Position numbers and translations under genes: made by a program | Notes under the pieces: model-generated | The model's database searches: none | Told to the model about the DNA's origin: nothing | What the model saw: the letters and a program-made list of their open reading frames with translations, nothing else | NCBI RefSeq assembly: GCF_964194025.1 | Contig: NC_134470.1 | Span: forward strand, 11,780,001 to 11,844,000 | Direction: 5' to 3' | Source of the DNA: Convolutriloba macropyga | Lineage: Eukaryota | Length of the DNA: 64,000 nt | In this document: positions 51,691 through 64,000 of the stretch, piece after piece | How the letters are laid out: every line of letters starts with the position of its first letter | Numbering within the stretch: the stretch's first letter is position 1

Positions 51691-54600
51691 ACAAATATCT
51701 AAGATAATCATATAATCTTATCTTCGCGCAACTCACGCCAATCTGTAATATCTACGCTAAATTGTAATGTGTAAGGTGAAGTAAGGATTTACTTTGAGTT
51801 TAACGCAACTGTTTGTATGACAAACGCTTAATTGAGCAAAAAATTATGTAAGAAATACACTTAAAAACGCAAAATTTGTGAGATTGCGTTATGTACGCTA
51901 AAGGTATAATATCTACGCTAAATTAAATTGCCAATGCTTAATTCGACACAAAATTATGTAAGATCTACGCTAGTTTCAACACAAAACTCTGTAGGACCTA
52001 CGCTAAATTCATCAACGTAAAATTATGTTGGAGCAATGCTAAGTAAAACGCTAATTTTTTTAATATCTACTCAAAAAACGCAGAGTTTTATAATTTTTGC
52101 GGTTAAGGCGTGGAATTGCTGCGAAATCTACGTTATATTCAGCGCAAAGTTATGTAAGATCTACGCTAAAATCAAAAAAGTTTTCAAGATCTACTCTGTT
52201 TTCAACGCAATTTTTTGTAAGATCAACGCTTATTTTAACACAAAAATGTGTAACATCTTCGATATGTTCAACAGAAAAATATATATATGATCGAATCGAA
52301 ATTCAATGCAAAATCAAATAAAATCAACGCTACATTCATTGCTAAACAATGCAAAATCTTTTCTTATATACGCAAAATTATGTAAAATCGTCGGTTAAAC
52401 CATTGAATTTATGTAAGTTCTATGTTAAATTCAACGCAAATTTCTTCAATATCACTGGTTAAAAACGCAAAAATTTTGTTATATTGGCGTTGATTACTTT
52501 GAGTTTATGTAAGATATAGCTTATTTTCAACGATAAATTCAAAGCTAAATTATATAAAATCTACCCTTAAATAAGCAAAACCATATAATATTGTCGGTAA
52601 ATCTGTTGAACTTATATATGGTCTAAAATAAATTCAACAAAAAAATTTAAGATCAACGGTTAAAAATGCAATATTATGTAAAATTGGCGGTGAATGTGTT
52701 AAAGTTTTTCAAGATCTGCGTTACGGTCCGCGCAAATTTATGTTGGATCGGAGCTAAATTCAACGCAAAGTTATGTAAGACGTGCGCTAAATACAACACA
52801 AAATTTTCTAAGTTCCACTCTTAATTCAACGCAAGCTTTTGTATGATGAACGCTTAACTGAACACAAAAGATATGTAAGACCTTTGCTATTTTCAACAAA
52901 AATTTTTATATGACCAACGCTGAATTCAATGCAAAACTATATAAAATCAACGCTAAACTTAATGCTAAAATAAGTACGATCTACTCTAAAAACGCAAGAT
53001 TTTATACTAGAATTGCAAAAAAAATTTATTGAACCAATGTCAGCAAATATGAAATATGTTATTTGAATTTTTTCCGTTTGTGCTCCCCGGCACGTTAAGT
53101 TCCTCCCAGTGACAGAGCGCATGACATTATTTAATATATTTTTTTAATTATCAAAGATGTTCATTTATTCAGGAAGTTTTCGCTAAACTTTAATATCTAC
53201 GCTAAATTTTAATATCTAAGGTAAATTCGACGCAAAATTATGTAAGATCAGAGCAGTGAAAAATTAAGTAACATCTACTCGAATGTCAACTAAAAATCGT
53301 TTTAGATTTACTCTAAACAACAAAGAATTACAACACTAACGAAAATTTGACGTTAATTTCACAAAACTATAAAAACCTACGTCAAATTTAACACATATTT
53401 ATGTGAGATCAGCGCAAATCTATGCAAGATCTACTCTTTTTTGAACGCAAATTTTTATAAGATAAAAGCTCAACTCAACAAAAAAATTTTGTAGTTTTTA
53501 CGCCTAAAAACAAAAATTTATTGCGGTTGGCGGTGAATGCGTTGATTTTTTGTAAGTTCTAAGATAGATTCAACACAAAAAAATACGTAATGTGTACGCT
53601 AAAAAACTCAAAATTATGTAAGATTAGCGATGAATGCATTGAATTTATGTAAGATCTACTATAAACTAGGCGCAAAATTATGTAGGATCCACTCATTCAC
53701 CACCAATCTTACATATAATTGAGTTTGTTTTGGTTGAAAACTCGGCCAGGAAAATAAAGCCAAGTTTTTGGTTACTGGAACAGCATTAGTCTAATGGAAT
53801 TCTAATGTTATTTTACGATTTTGACACTATTTTCTTTGTTGTGATAAAAAAATTTTGCATTTTTGAATTCTGTAGTTTTTTTGCAATTTCTTATGTCTTG
53901 TCAATTAATATTAGCAATGGCAAGCTTCATTGATTAGGAATGAGACATGTAGTTTACATGGATCTAGTGAAAACGTTGATAAAAAATAAATGCCTCGAGT
54001 TCATTGCTAACGGTTTTGAAGGCCTTGACACTATCTGTTTTCTTGTTTGTTGGGGTTTGTGCAGTCTCGTTGTCTGCAAGGAAAGATCAAATCGGTTAAT
54101 GGTGATAATGAGGTTCAATTTATTCGTTCCACTTCAATGAAAACGCTTTCACAATAAGCGTTTCGAAAAGATTCTATTGATATTTTGTGTTATGATAACT
54201 TGGTTAATTAAATTTGTTTATCTTACGACTCACCTCTTCAATTGCAGGTGTTATAATGGGTTGTTATGGTTGATCGGGTTCAAGAAAGATATCACCAGCG
54301 TTGACTCCAGAAAACGCAAAACTATATAATTTTGTCGGCGAATACCTTGAGTTTTTGTAACATCTATGCTAAATTCAACGCAAAATTTATTAAGATTAAC
54401 AATTAAAAACCCAAAACTATGTACGATTTGCTTTAAATATATGTCGAATTTAGGATCTGCGTTAAATGCAGCGCAAAACTTTGTAAGATCTACTCTAAAT
54501 TCAACGCATGTTTTTGTAAGATGAATGCATAACTGAATACAAAATTATTTAAGACGTTTGCTAAGCTCAAAACAAAATTATGTATGATCAACGCTGAATT

Positions 54601-57600
54601 CTGAATTCAACTCAAAATTATATAAAATTGTAATAATTAATAGTATTATCTACGCTAATTTTAAATACATATGCTAAATTCAACGCAAAATTATGTAAGA
54701 TCTACGCTCAATAAAACACAAGAAAACACTTTAAGATCGACTTTACTGCACTGCCGCTTTTAAGAAGCATTATCAAACTCTAATAGTTTTACTCTACCAA
54801 CAACTTCAGCATCAAATGCACAGCCAGTTTGTAAATCTAAATTAAAACCCGATGAAAACTGGATTTGCAAAAAATTTTAAAATACCGATATGAGCATACT
54901 TGAAGTATATTTCTGGGATCTTTTCTATTTGTGCCCCAAGTACGTTAATCTCCTCCCAGTTACAGAGCACGTGACATTACATAATAAATCATTATGAAAA
55001 CTTATTGCACGTGCAACTGGGGGTGCTCATTAAATTTTAATACAAATATCTAAGATAATCATATAATCTTATCTTCGCGCAACTCACGCCAATCTGTAAT
55101 ATCTACGCTAAATTGTAATGTGTAAGGTGAAATAGAGGCAAAATTTTGTAAGAGAAGTGCAAAATTATGTAAGCTCTTCGCTAAATTCATTTAAGATTTT
55201 TGTAAGATCAACGGTTAACTGAACATAAAATTATGAAAGATCTACGCTTAAAAACCCAAAATTATTTTAGTTTATGATATCTACGCCAAATTCAATTTAA
55301 TTTTTTTAAATCTTCGCTTAAAAAAACCTATGCTAAATTCAACGCAAATTGTGTCAGATCACTGCTAAACTTAACGTTAAATTTTTTTTGGAATCTACTC
55401 TAAAACTGGAAAATTCTATAATATTGTCGATGAATCCGTTGAATTTTTGTCAGACCTACGCTAAATTCATCGAAAAAAATATTTAAGATCAGCGGTTAAA
55501 AACGCAAAACTATGTAAGATTAGTGCAAAATTATAAAAATGTACGCTAAATTCAACGATAAGTTATTTAAGATGTACTCTAAATTCAACGCCAATTTTTA
55601 TGAAGTCAACGCTTAACTTAGCACAAAATTATGTAAGATCTTGATTTAAAAACGCAAAAATATGTAAAATTGTGATATCTACGCTATATTCACGCTAACT
55701 TATAAAATATCCGCAAAATTGAAATACCTTCGCTACATTCAATGCAAATTATATAGGATCACTGCTAAATTTAACGCTAAATTATGTAAGATCTACTCTT
55801 AAAACGCAAAATTAAATAATTTTGTCGTTAAATCCGTTGAAGTTATGTAAGGTCCGCGCTTAATTCAACGCAAAATTATGTAAGATCTAGCCTCAACTCA
55901 ACAATATTGTTTAAGATTTAATCTGAATTCAACGCAATTTTTTTGGATAATCACCGCTTAATTGAACACAAAATTATGTAAGATATGCGATAAGTTCAAC
56001 ACAAATTTTTTGATGACAAACAATAAATTCAACGCTAATTAAACGAAATCAACGTTAATTTCAACGCTTAATTTTGTAAGATCTCCTATTAAAAACGCGA
56101 AATTAAATATTATAGGCGGTAAATGCGTCGGCTTTTTGTATGACCTACGTTAAATCAGCCCGAAGTTAAGTGAGATGCGCGCTAAATTCAACATAAATTT
56201 ATATAAGTTCTAGGCCCAACAAAATTATTTAAGATTTAATCTGAATTCATCGCATTTTGTTTGAAGATCAACTGAATAAAACAAATTTTGTAAGATTTGT
56301 GCCAAGTACAATCCAAATTTATTAATGGTCAACGCTATATTCAACGCAAATATTACAAAATCAACGCTAAATTCGACGTTAAATTTTGAACAATCTACTC
56401 CTAAAAACGCAGTATTAAAAAAAAATGTCGGTGATTCCGTTGAATTTATGTAAGATCTATGCCTAATTCAACTCAAAAATTTGTAAGATCAAGGATTAAA
56501 AACGCAAAATTATGTAAGATTGGCGGTAAATTCGGTGAAAGTATGTATGATTTACGTTAAACCAGGCTCAAAACAATGTAAGATCTGCGCTAAATTCAAC
56601 GCAAAATTATGTAAGGTCCACGCTAAATGCATCAACGCAAGTTTTTGTAAGATAGACGCTTAACTGAACACAAAATTAAGTACGATATACAAATAAAAAT
56701 GTAAAATTATCTAAGGCTAAATCTACGAACTGAACACACAGATATGTAACATATTTGTAATTGCAATGCAAAATTATATAAAATCAACGCTAAATTCAAC
56801 AATGAACTATGTAAGATCGTATCTTAAAAACGCAAATTGATATAATTTTGAGGGTTAATGCGTTGAAATTATGTAAAATCAACGTTAAATTCAGCGCAGA
56901 ATTACCTTAGATAAACGCTAAAATTAACGCAATTTAATGCAAGATGATTGCAAAATTATGTAAGATCTACGCTAATTTCAACAATGTTTTTTGAGCTATA
57001 CTCCAAAATCAACGCGATTTTTTGTGAGACCAACTCTTAACTGAACACAATATTATGCAAGATCTACACTTTAAAACGGAAAACTATCTCAGATTGTGAT
57101 ATCTATGCTAAAATTACGCTAAATTGTAATATCCAGTCTAAATCAAAATACTTATGCTAAATTCAACGCAAAATTATTTGAGATCTACGCAAAATTCATC
57201 AACCTAAATTTATGTAAATTCGACGCTAATGTCAACACAAAACTATGAAAAATCTATGTTAAATTTAGATCAATTTTATGTCAGATCTACGCTAAATTCA
57301 ACGCTAAATTATGCAAGATCTACTCATGTTTCAACGCAAAGTTATATAAGATCAAAGCTTAACTCAACAAAAACTTTTGTAAATTCTATGCTAAAAAACA
57401 AAGTTTATGCAAGATTGCCGATGAATGCGTTGAATTTATAAAAGGTCTAAGCTATATTCAGCGCAAAATTATGTAAGATCTGCGTCAATTTCAATCCAAC
57501 TTTATGTGAGATCTACGCACGCTTTCATCGCCATTTTTACAAACATTTGAGTTTCTTTGAGTTGATAACTCGGCCCGGAAAATGGAGCGAATTTTTTTAT

Positions 57601-57769
57601 TACTGAAAGCAGAGTTTAGCACAAAAATTGATGTATGCTTTACGTATTTCGTCTCGAGAGAGATAGTAACAGGAAAAATATGTGTTTTAATGGCGCATAT
57701 TGAAGATGGCTTAATTCTTTAACGGAAGTCTAACTTTGTTCTTCAAGTTTGATTGTATTATGGATTATG

Positions 57770-57937
57770 GGATCTATTCTATTTCGCCCCTCCCCCGTGT
57801 TTTTTACGCCCCCAGTTACCAATTATTTGTAATATATATAGCACGCTACTATGTAAGAAAAAAGCATGTGCTGCTGGGGGCGTAAAATTAAAGGCTCACT
57901 AAGGTGGGGGGGGGGGGGGGCAAGACAGAATAGATCC
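57770..57937. mobile_element. MITE family A (168 bp)
   Basis: GGATCTATTCT…AGAATAGATCC TIRs. The flanking 8-mers match only 5/8 (GGATTATG/GTCTGATG). Confidence 0.78.
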
Positions 57938-58949
57938 GTCTGATGTCTCACTTTTTTAATTGCAGGTGTACTAATTGGTTGTTTTGATTGGTCGGGTTAA
58001 TGAAAGATATCACCAGCGTTGAATTCGATTCAACCGCTAATCATGTTGAAAAAACAATTACCCAATGTTTGCGGGTCAAGGACGCTTAGGCGGCGCGAAA
58101 TTGTTGAATCTTCGATAGGACCTGTGGTTGAAGAGGGTAGGCTGTTAGTTTGACTCTTCTACTGTCGTCACTAGTTGTTTGTTTTCTAATGCTGTCTGTC
58201 TCTTGTTTTACTTCCTCAGCTGAGGTTATTAGTTAATATTCATATTATGCTAGTTTTCTGTACTGATTGTTGTCTTATCACTTGATCCAATTATCGGAGG
58301 GTATCATTAAATACAATTGGGTTTAGTTGATCAAAATAATTGTTTCAATTTGCATCCTCGGCTGTCTAGGACTTTACACAATTCGCCTGAATTCTATTAT
58401 CAGTTATTTTAGTTTAGTGATACGTGATTGGGTGTCTCATTGCTTTGTGCCGCCAATATTAGGTATCATTGATTGCAAATGAGACATAAGCTAATCAAAT
58501 TAGTTGCTTGCGTCTCATAAAATTCATTCATAATAATAGTCAATTTGTCGGTACTTACTTTTATTTGACGTATTCAACGAATGAGTTGCCATTTTAAGAC
58601 TTGCCTATGTGAACTTGAGAAATCCACCTTAATTTTTAATTACAAAAACATTTATCAGCCACTATGAACAGCAGGATTGGGTTTTATGACTTTTAATTTT
58701 TTTTCGTATGTTGCGATTAACGATTTCGGCAATTGATGATTTTATTTTCGTCTTCGGATGACAAAGATTTTCAGAAAATTTTGCTTATTTTCGATAACTT
58801 GTCAATTTTTGCCTCCTTTGGTTTTGTCTTTCATTGTTCACAGCAAGGCTCCAACGCTCAGAAAATGATTATTTCCTTTGAATCAATTATGTTTTTTCCA
58901 ATCCAACAAAAACAGCTGGGAAAAAACGGTTAATTTGAGCTCTTTCATG

Positions 58950-61140
58950 AACCAGAGGATTAGAGTTAACATAGTAACCCTTCTCGGGGTTGGTAGTAAA
59001 AAGCTTAACGCCGAAAACAAAATCAGTTTTTGTAAACAACAGTGCTAAATTTATTACAAGCTTGACAAGGGCAACATACGAGCCAGTTTCCGCATGTTGT
59101 TCTCAGAAGACAATTTGCCCTATGCAACATAATCAATTGCGGGAAGTTGTTGGAAAGGCAGCCAAAGCGGTTGAAAATAACTGTTCCCTCTATTGCTTTT
59201 TCAGATCCCTTCATCACGCGCAATCACGTCGCTTTCAACAGAGTAAAGAGCTTCACCAACGTCTCGGGAGCTGGATTTGATTATCTAGCCCCAATTAACT
59301 CCACAATCTGGCTGTAGATCTAACTGCATGGCAGGTTTAAAGTTTATGAGAACATCGAAGAAAATATTGAACCTGATTGAAGACAAGAAGTTGCGTGAGA
59401 CAGTGAAACCCTTCAATTTTAGACCTAAACTGATTGCGTACGACGTACTTCGGAAACACTCAAGTTGGTTGCTGAACTCACAAGGGAGCAGAAATAGCAG
59501 CTCATGTTATCTGAAAGTTGCCGGCACAAACTTCTTCGAAAAGTGATGATTTACTTCAACTGGATTTTTAAAAAACCTTCAGCTTTTAAGTGCGTAAACA
59601 ATGCGTAAATGTGTACGCAACGTCAAACTGATTGTTTTTAACTATACATACACTGCCAATAGTCAACACAGTTTGCTTTGTTATGGTCATGCTAATATTT
59701 CGTCGGAGGAAGGGACTCAACGGGGGCACTTGTTAACATGGTACTTGGACGAAGGCAATTTTGCAGGTGACTGTAAAATTGTATTTAAAGTTTCATAACA
59801 AATTTTGAACTCTGAGGAAGATTCCGGCTTGAATTTTGCAAAATGTGTGTTGTGTCTCTTGGAGGAAACAACATAGACTCCGAAAAAAATTAAACTTAAC
59901 CAATCTGCAAAAGGTATGCACCTGTATTAAAGCTACAGCAAAAGATGAAGTTGTATCAATGGGAGCTGAAATTGGAAAGTACCCGACGCGTTCTCTGCTC
60001 TCGGAAAAAGTAAACATCTGGACCAAATGTCAGAATTTTTTGATAAAATAGACGCGCTGTATGATTTATATTTCCTCCAAATTTTTTGAGTATGAGGAAA
60101 CTAATCTACATTCCTAGAACAAGCTTCTGTTTCCTGGAAAATTATTTCTCGATGAGAATGCGTTTCTCCAAAAAGTGTTGCGTTCCTCAAGGTGTAGACT
60201 TAATGTCTACTCCGCGCAAATGCTTGCTCTTCTCACCTTTTAGCTTCAGCAGTGGGTGCACACAGGGCTACTAAAGTTCACTTCTCGGTCGAGAAAATTG
60301 ATGAATCAGCCTTAAAACATAGCTCAGAGAGTTGGTATTAGACGACACAGTCTGAAGAGTCACCTGACATTGATCATCAAATAGATTGGTCGAATGGAGT
60401 TTACGTGAAACTTACTTGCGACTTCTTTTTCACACTCTGTTGTTTTGGTGTCAATCGTTTCTACAGCCTCTGAGGCAGTTTTGCTTCCCTGTGCTTGAAT
60501 TTAAATACCTGCCTAAATTGGAAACTGTCGGGTCAACAACTAAGAATTTCAATAGGTTTTTACCCTAGAAGGCACGATCTGTGAACCTAAAATTGAGTAT
60601 GTGGTAAAATGATAGGTTTAGACGGCTGGCACGGTCTTTCTTGTCCCAGGAGCCGAAAGACATTCTCTCGCATGCTAATCTCAACCATTTGATAAAGAAA
60701 ACCTTGGCTTCTGTTCGCGTCTCCTCACTGCTTGAACCACGTCATCTCTACAGAACAGACAACAAGAGACCCGATGAGATTACACTCGTACCATGGTAGG
60801 CAAGTGAGCAGCGTTGTCAGTTGTTATAGTAATGTACTCTTTTATGCCTGCTCGCCTTGAAAGCAGACCGCTTGCCAACCCAGAGGAGCAATTGTAGAAG
60901 CCCAAAAACGCAAATTAACAAATTACAGAACTCACCGAGAAAAGCAACTTGTTTAAGCCTGTAGCTTTTGAGGTGCAAGGAGCTGCCGGATCCTCCACCA
61001 AACTTTTTTTCAGAGCTCCTAGCAAAATTCTGTCCGATGTTAACAGAAAACCCGCGATCCGGCGGTTTTTTTTCAGAGAATTTCCTCAACGATCCAGTTT
61101 TCAGACGCCGGGTTTGAGTTGGGAACAAAGAATGTCAGAA
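58950..61140 (+). mobile_element. Decayed CRE-like non-LTR retrotransposon (RT + restriction-like endonuclease)
   Basis: SSEEGTQRG…LTWYLDEGNFAG (RT). VCGKMIGLDGWHGLSC…R/HANLN…LLEPRHLYRTDNKRPDEITLVPW and FKPVAFEVQG (CCHC + RLE). Many disruptions. Confidence 0.85.
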
Positions 61141-61357
61141 CAAATTTTGACAATTTCTGCAATTTATAGCTTTTTATATTTCTGTACGGATTTGACCGTC
61201 GCAGTTGTACGGTTAGTAGGCCAGTATTCATTATTTTGGTTACATTTTAACTTTCACCTAGACTTTGAAGAGATAACATTTAAATAATCTTTACTGAGCC
61301 GCAATGTACATTATCATCTCGTACTGTATCCTTGTGAACTGTTGTTTAAAAAAAATT

Positions 61358-61523
61358 GGATATTTTTTGTCCGTTTCTGGTCCCCCAGCCTAGTTGATGC
61401 ATATTATTCGCAATAAAGACGCACGTGCCATATTTCTAAATATCGTTTTACTATGTAATAGCACGTGCTGTGTAACTGGAGGTGCATAACGTTGTTGGGG
61501 GAGGTCACAAGCGGAAAATTTCC
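61358..61523 (-). mobile_element. Degenerate MITE family B copy
   Basis: GCACGTGCTGTGTAACTGG…GCATAACGT is the reverse complement of the family B left end. GG…CC termini. Confidence 0.6.
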
Positions 61524-62129
61524 AAATTTTCTTAAGGAGCTGCCTTACTGGTTGAATTCATTACTCATGTACTCAATCCACACGAAGACTAGTCCTGTTT
61601 CTGACCTGCGTCTAACTCCTATCGACAACCCAATCATCTGTATATGACTACTTAAAGAAAGTGAGGATAAGAGAGTTTATAATTTTAAAAAGCATTTGCT
61701 TTGGCGAGATGCAACCTGTAGTTAGAGGGGTAAAAGACTTGAATTTTAAATGTAGTAATGGATATTTCAAAATAACATTAAGGAAACAAAAAGAGCAAAC
61801 AGAATGGCAGTTAATGCGAGACGGTTGAGGCGAAGAGCGAAAGCAAACAAACAGGGTTTTAATGTACGCGCAGCAGCACCAGTCATAAAAAACTAGTTAT
61901 CTATGATACGTTTTGAAACATGCAGCTTGGTTTTAGTCCTTGGATGTCAACGTGAGGTCACTCAGAGGTCGTTTTCGCATCGAATGCGAAGAGTGTGTGT
62001 CATTAGAGATCAAATGGTTGCAATAAATTAAAAACTTGAGATTATCAGGATCTGACTTTTACATTGACTATTCTATATTGATGTCAACTAGCGTTTTGGA
62101 CTTTTGACCTCTGCATCCTTGAATGGATA

Positions 62130-64000
62130 AAACAGTGCTCTTTAAAAGACTAAATTGACAGGGGTACGGATAAAATTAATGACTTCTGATTATAGTTCAT
62201 TTGATTTTTGGGCTATGAGGGAAACAATGCGTCTTATTAGTTTGTGTGTGATGGAACTGGCTCAACCAGTGGTGGCAAATATCCACGGTGGAAACATCTA
62301 TGGTCTGTGTCCACATTTTTGTCTTGATATTTAAGGCGTTTTAATTTTTCATGTTGTTAATATGAGACTTTCGAGTCTTCAATTCTGTTTGTGAGAGCAT
62401 AGGGGTTGAAGATCTTTAAGTCATAGAAGGAGCGCTCATAACGACTGCCCCAGGTTTCTTTTGGCGAAGATGTCAAGTCTTGCCTCATCTTCGGAACACG
62501 TAGATTTTGTAAAACTTTCGTTGTCCGGAGGCTGCGAATGTGGTTCGATTTCGACGTCGTGGCCAACTTTCTTCATCCAATTAGCAAAGAGATCACGTAT
62601 TTTTTTGTGCCTGATAACCGGGTATCCTCCATTGGTGCAGTGTAGGGCGTGGGAGAGTACGAAAGGTGATCTACAATGGTACACTTTTGAAATCCCATTT
62701 GTAGCGGATACAGAGGGCATCGCAGAATTCCGATTTTGTAAGCCAGATTCCGTGCTTTTCGATTGGCAAGGCGTTTAGCCAGGAGGAGGCACTTTTCTCC
62801 CTTACAAGTTTCAGGGCGTATGAGAGATTGGAATTTGTCGCGCCAATAATTTGGCTTCGCTTCTGTTTTGCTGTCTTCAGGCGCCCTTTGTGGATCTTTT
62901 ACTTCATTCAGTCTTGTTACAGAATTATGAGGTCGGACGATGCGTTGTCGAGTGGTGCTGAAAGATTGTGTTAGTCTGAAAATCTTCTGCTGTAATCATC
63001 TGGTTGGTTGATTGCCAGCCCACTATTTCTGACGTGGAGGGAGAGTACCCGTCTCGTTATCTCGTCTGGACAATCTCTGTTCGTCAAGGCTGGGATGAGA
63101 TTGTTGCTGATGGTTTCTTCAGCATGGTGAAGAAAATCTGTTGTTTTAGGTGTAACTTTGGATAGAAACTTTATTTTATTCTGCAGTTCTTTGACGTATC
63201 AGTGATAGGCTGCGTGGGGTGATGACCTGCGAAAGTTTGAGAATTTTTGAATTAATTTCGTGTAGTACTTGGTTTGTTTTTCAGAAATTCCTGCATATCC
63301 TCGTCACTGCCAATAACTACTCCAAGAACTCTTGCACCGTTGAGAATTTGGACATGGTGTTCGCAAAAAGATTTTTGGGTCTTTTGTTTTGTCGATGGTT
63401 TGACAATTAGCTGGCAGTTTGGAGCGTTTACGTGATAGCCGAAGCTAGGCCCCTGATTGGAGAGATTTTCTAAGAGTTCGTGCAGTTGCTGTAGTGACCC
63501 AGTTGCGTCGTCAGCGTACCTCTTTTGTACAATGTTTAGCGTCTGCAGTTTCAGGATTAGAGGTTTTATTGCAATCCCGTACATTAGCATGGCTAGTGGG
63601 TCTCCTTGAGTGCAACCTTCGCGAGTTAAGAAGGCTTTCTGTCAACAGAAAGGCGGCTTGGTGTCTGGTAGGAGTTATGTGGAGAGAGGTATGTGGAGAG
63701 AAGGGCACATTCTGCGAATATTTTCTAGGGTGGTTGTTCTGTTTAGTAGATTGAAGGCATTAGTGGCATCTCTCAGTAAAATAGCTTCACAGTTCTCCTT
63801 TTCGAATTCTCTCAGCAGAGCGTGGAATGCATGTTTGATTCCACTGTCCCGCCCAAGGCAGAGTTGAATGTTGCCTCCAATTCTCTGGTCCTCTGCACCC
63901 AGGTAGCTTGAGATGCATCGCAAAATATTTCGGCACACAAATTTCCCTATCCCAATCGGTCGTACGCCTAAAAATTTGTTAATAGGGATCAGTCAGCTAT
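62130..64000 (-). mobile_element. Decayed CRE-like non-LTR retrotransposon, continuing beyond the window
   Basis: VRPIGIG, QLCLG…DATNAFNLLNR, REGCTQGDPLAMLMYG, YADD, GPSFGYHVN (RT). CRSPFVLSHALHCTNGG…RHKKIRD…VEIEP…ARLDI (CCHC + RLE). Confidence 0.9.

Larger units (their letters stand above)
48433..55131 (+). repeat. Tandem segmental duplication, 2 x ~3,351 bp
   Basis: ORF pairs are offset by 3348-3351. Junction at 51780/51784, with scattered SNPs and small indels between copies. Confidence 0.93.
12590..57530 (+). repeat. ~45-kb satellite domain with a 33-bp monomer of three 11-bp blocks, interrupted by the elements listed below
   Basis: Continuous degenerate copies of AAATTCAACGCAAAATTATGTAAGATCTACGCT in one orientation, with interspersed inverted GCGTTGAATTTA motifs. 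Confidence 0.95.

Noticed and set aside
13366-57441. Many 60-85-aa ORFs with RSTLNSTQNYV or KIYAKFNAKLC repeats
   Set aside because: The 33-bp monomer has two stop-free frames, so these are translations of satellite; stops and non-triplet indels are frequent.

Overview
This is AT-rich, repeat-dominated eukaryotic DNA, probably animal (inferred from the transposon repertoire). I see no intact host gene, RNA gene or CRISPR array. (1) 1-12.5 kb: decayed unique sequence, a 188-nt N gap, a nested cluster of GG-terminal MITEs (one with a clean 8-bp TSD), a triple-hairpin cluster and small tandem repeats. (2) ~12.6-57.5 kb: a ~45-kb satellite domain built from a 33-bp monomer (AAATTCAACGC-AAAATTATGTA-AGATCTACGCT, three 11-bp blocks). 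It has a homogenised ~655-bp higher-order repeat (HOR, ~15 copies, 21.3-31.5 kb) and is interrupted by a decayed minus-strand Mag-like Gypsy element (31.5-37.1 kb). It also contains two near-identical tandem duplications (2,694 and ~3,351 bp), several 'inside-out' MITE-end/spacer/MITE-end cassettes and a recurring unique junction block. (3) 58.9-64 kb: two convergent decayed CRE-type non-LTR retrotransposons. The most unusual signals are the 11-bp-quantised satellite hierarchy, the satellite/MITE-end cassettes, and a gag start codon formed by the LTR/PBS junction. All comparisons were done by eye, so the edges of degenerate features are approximate.
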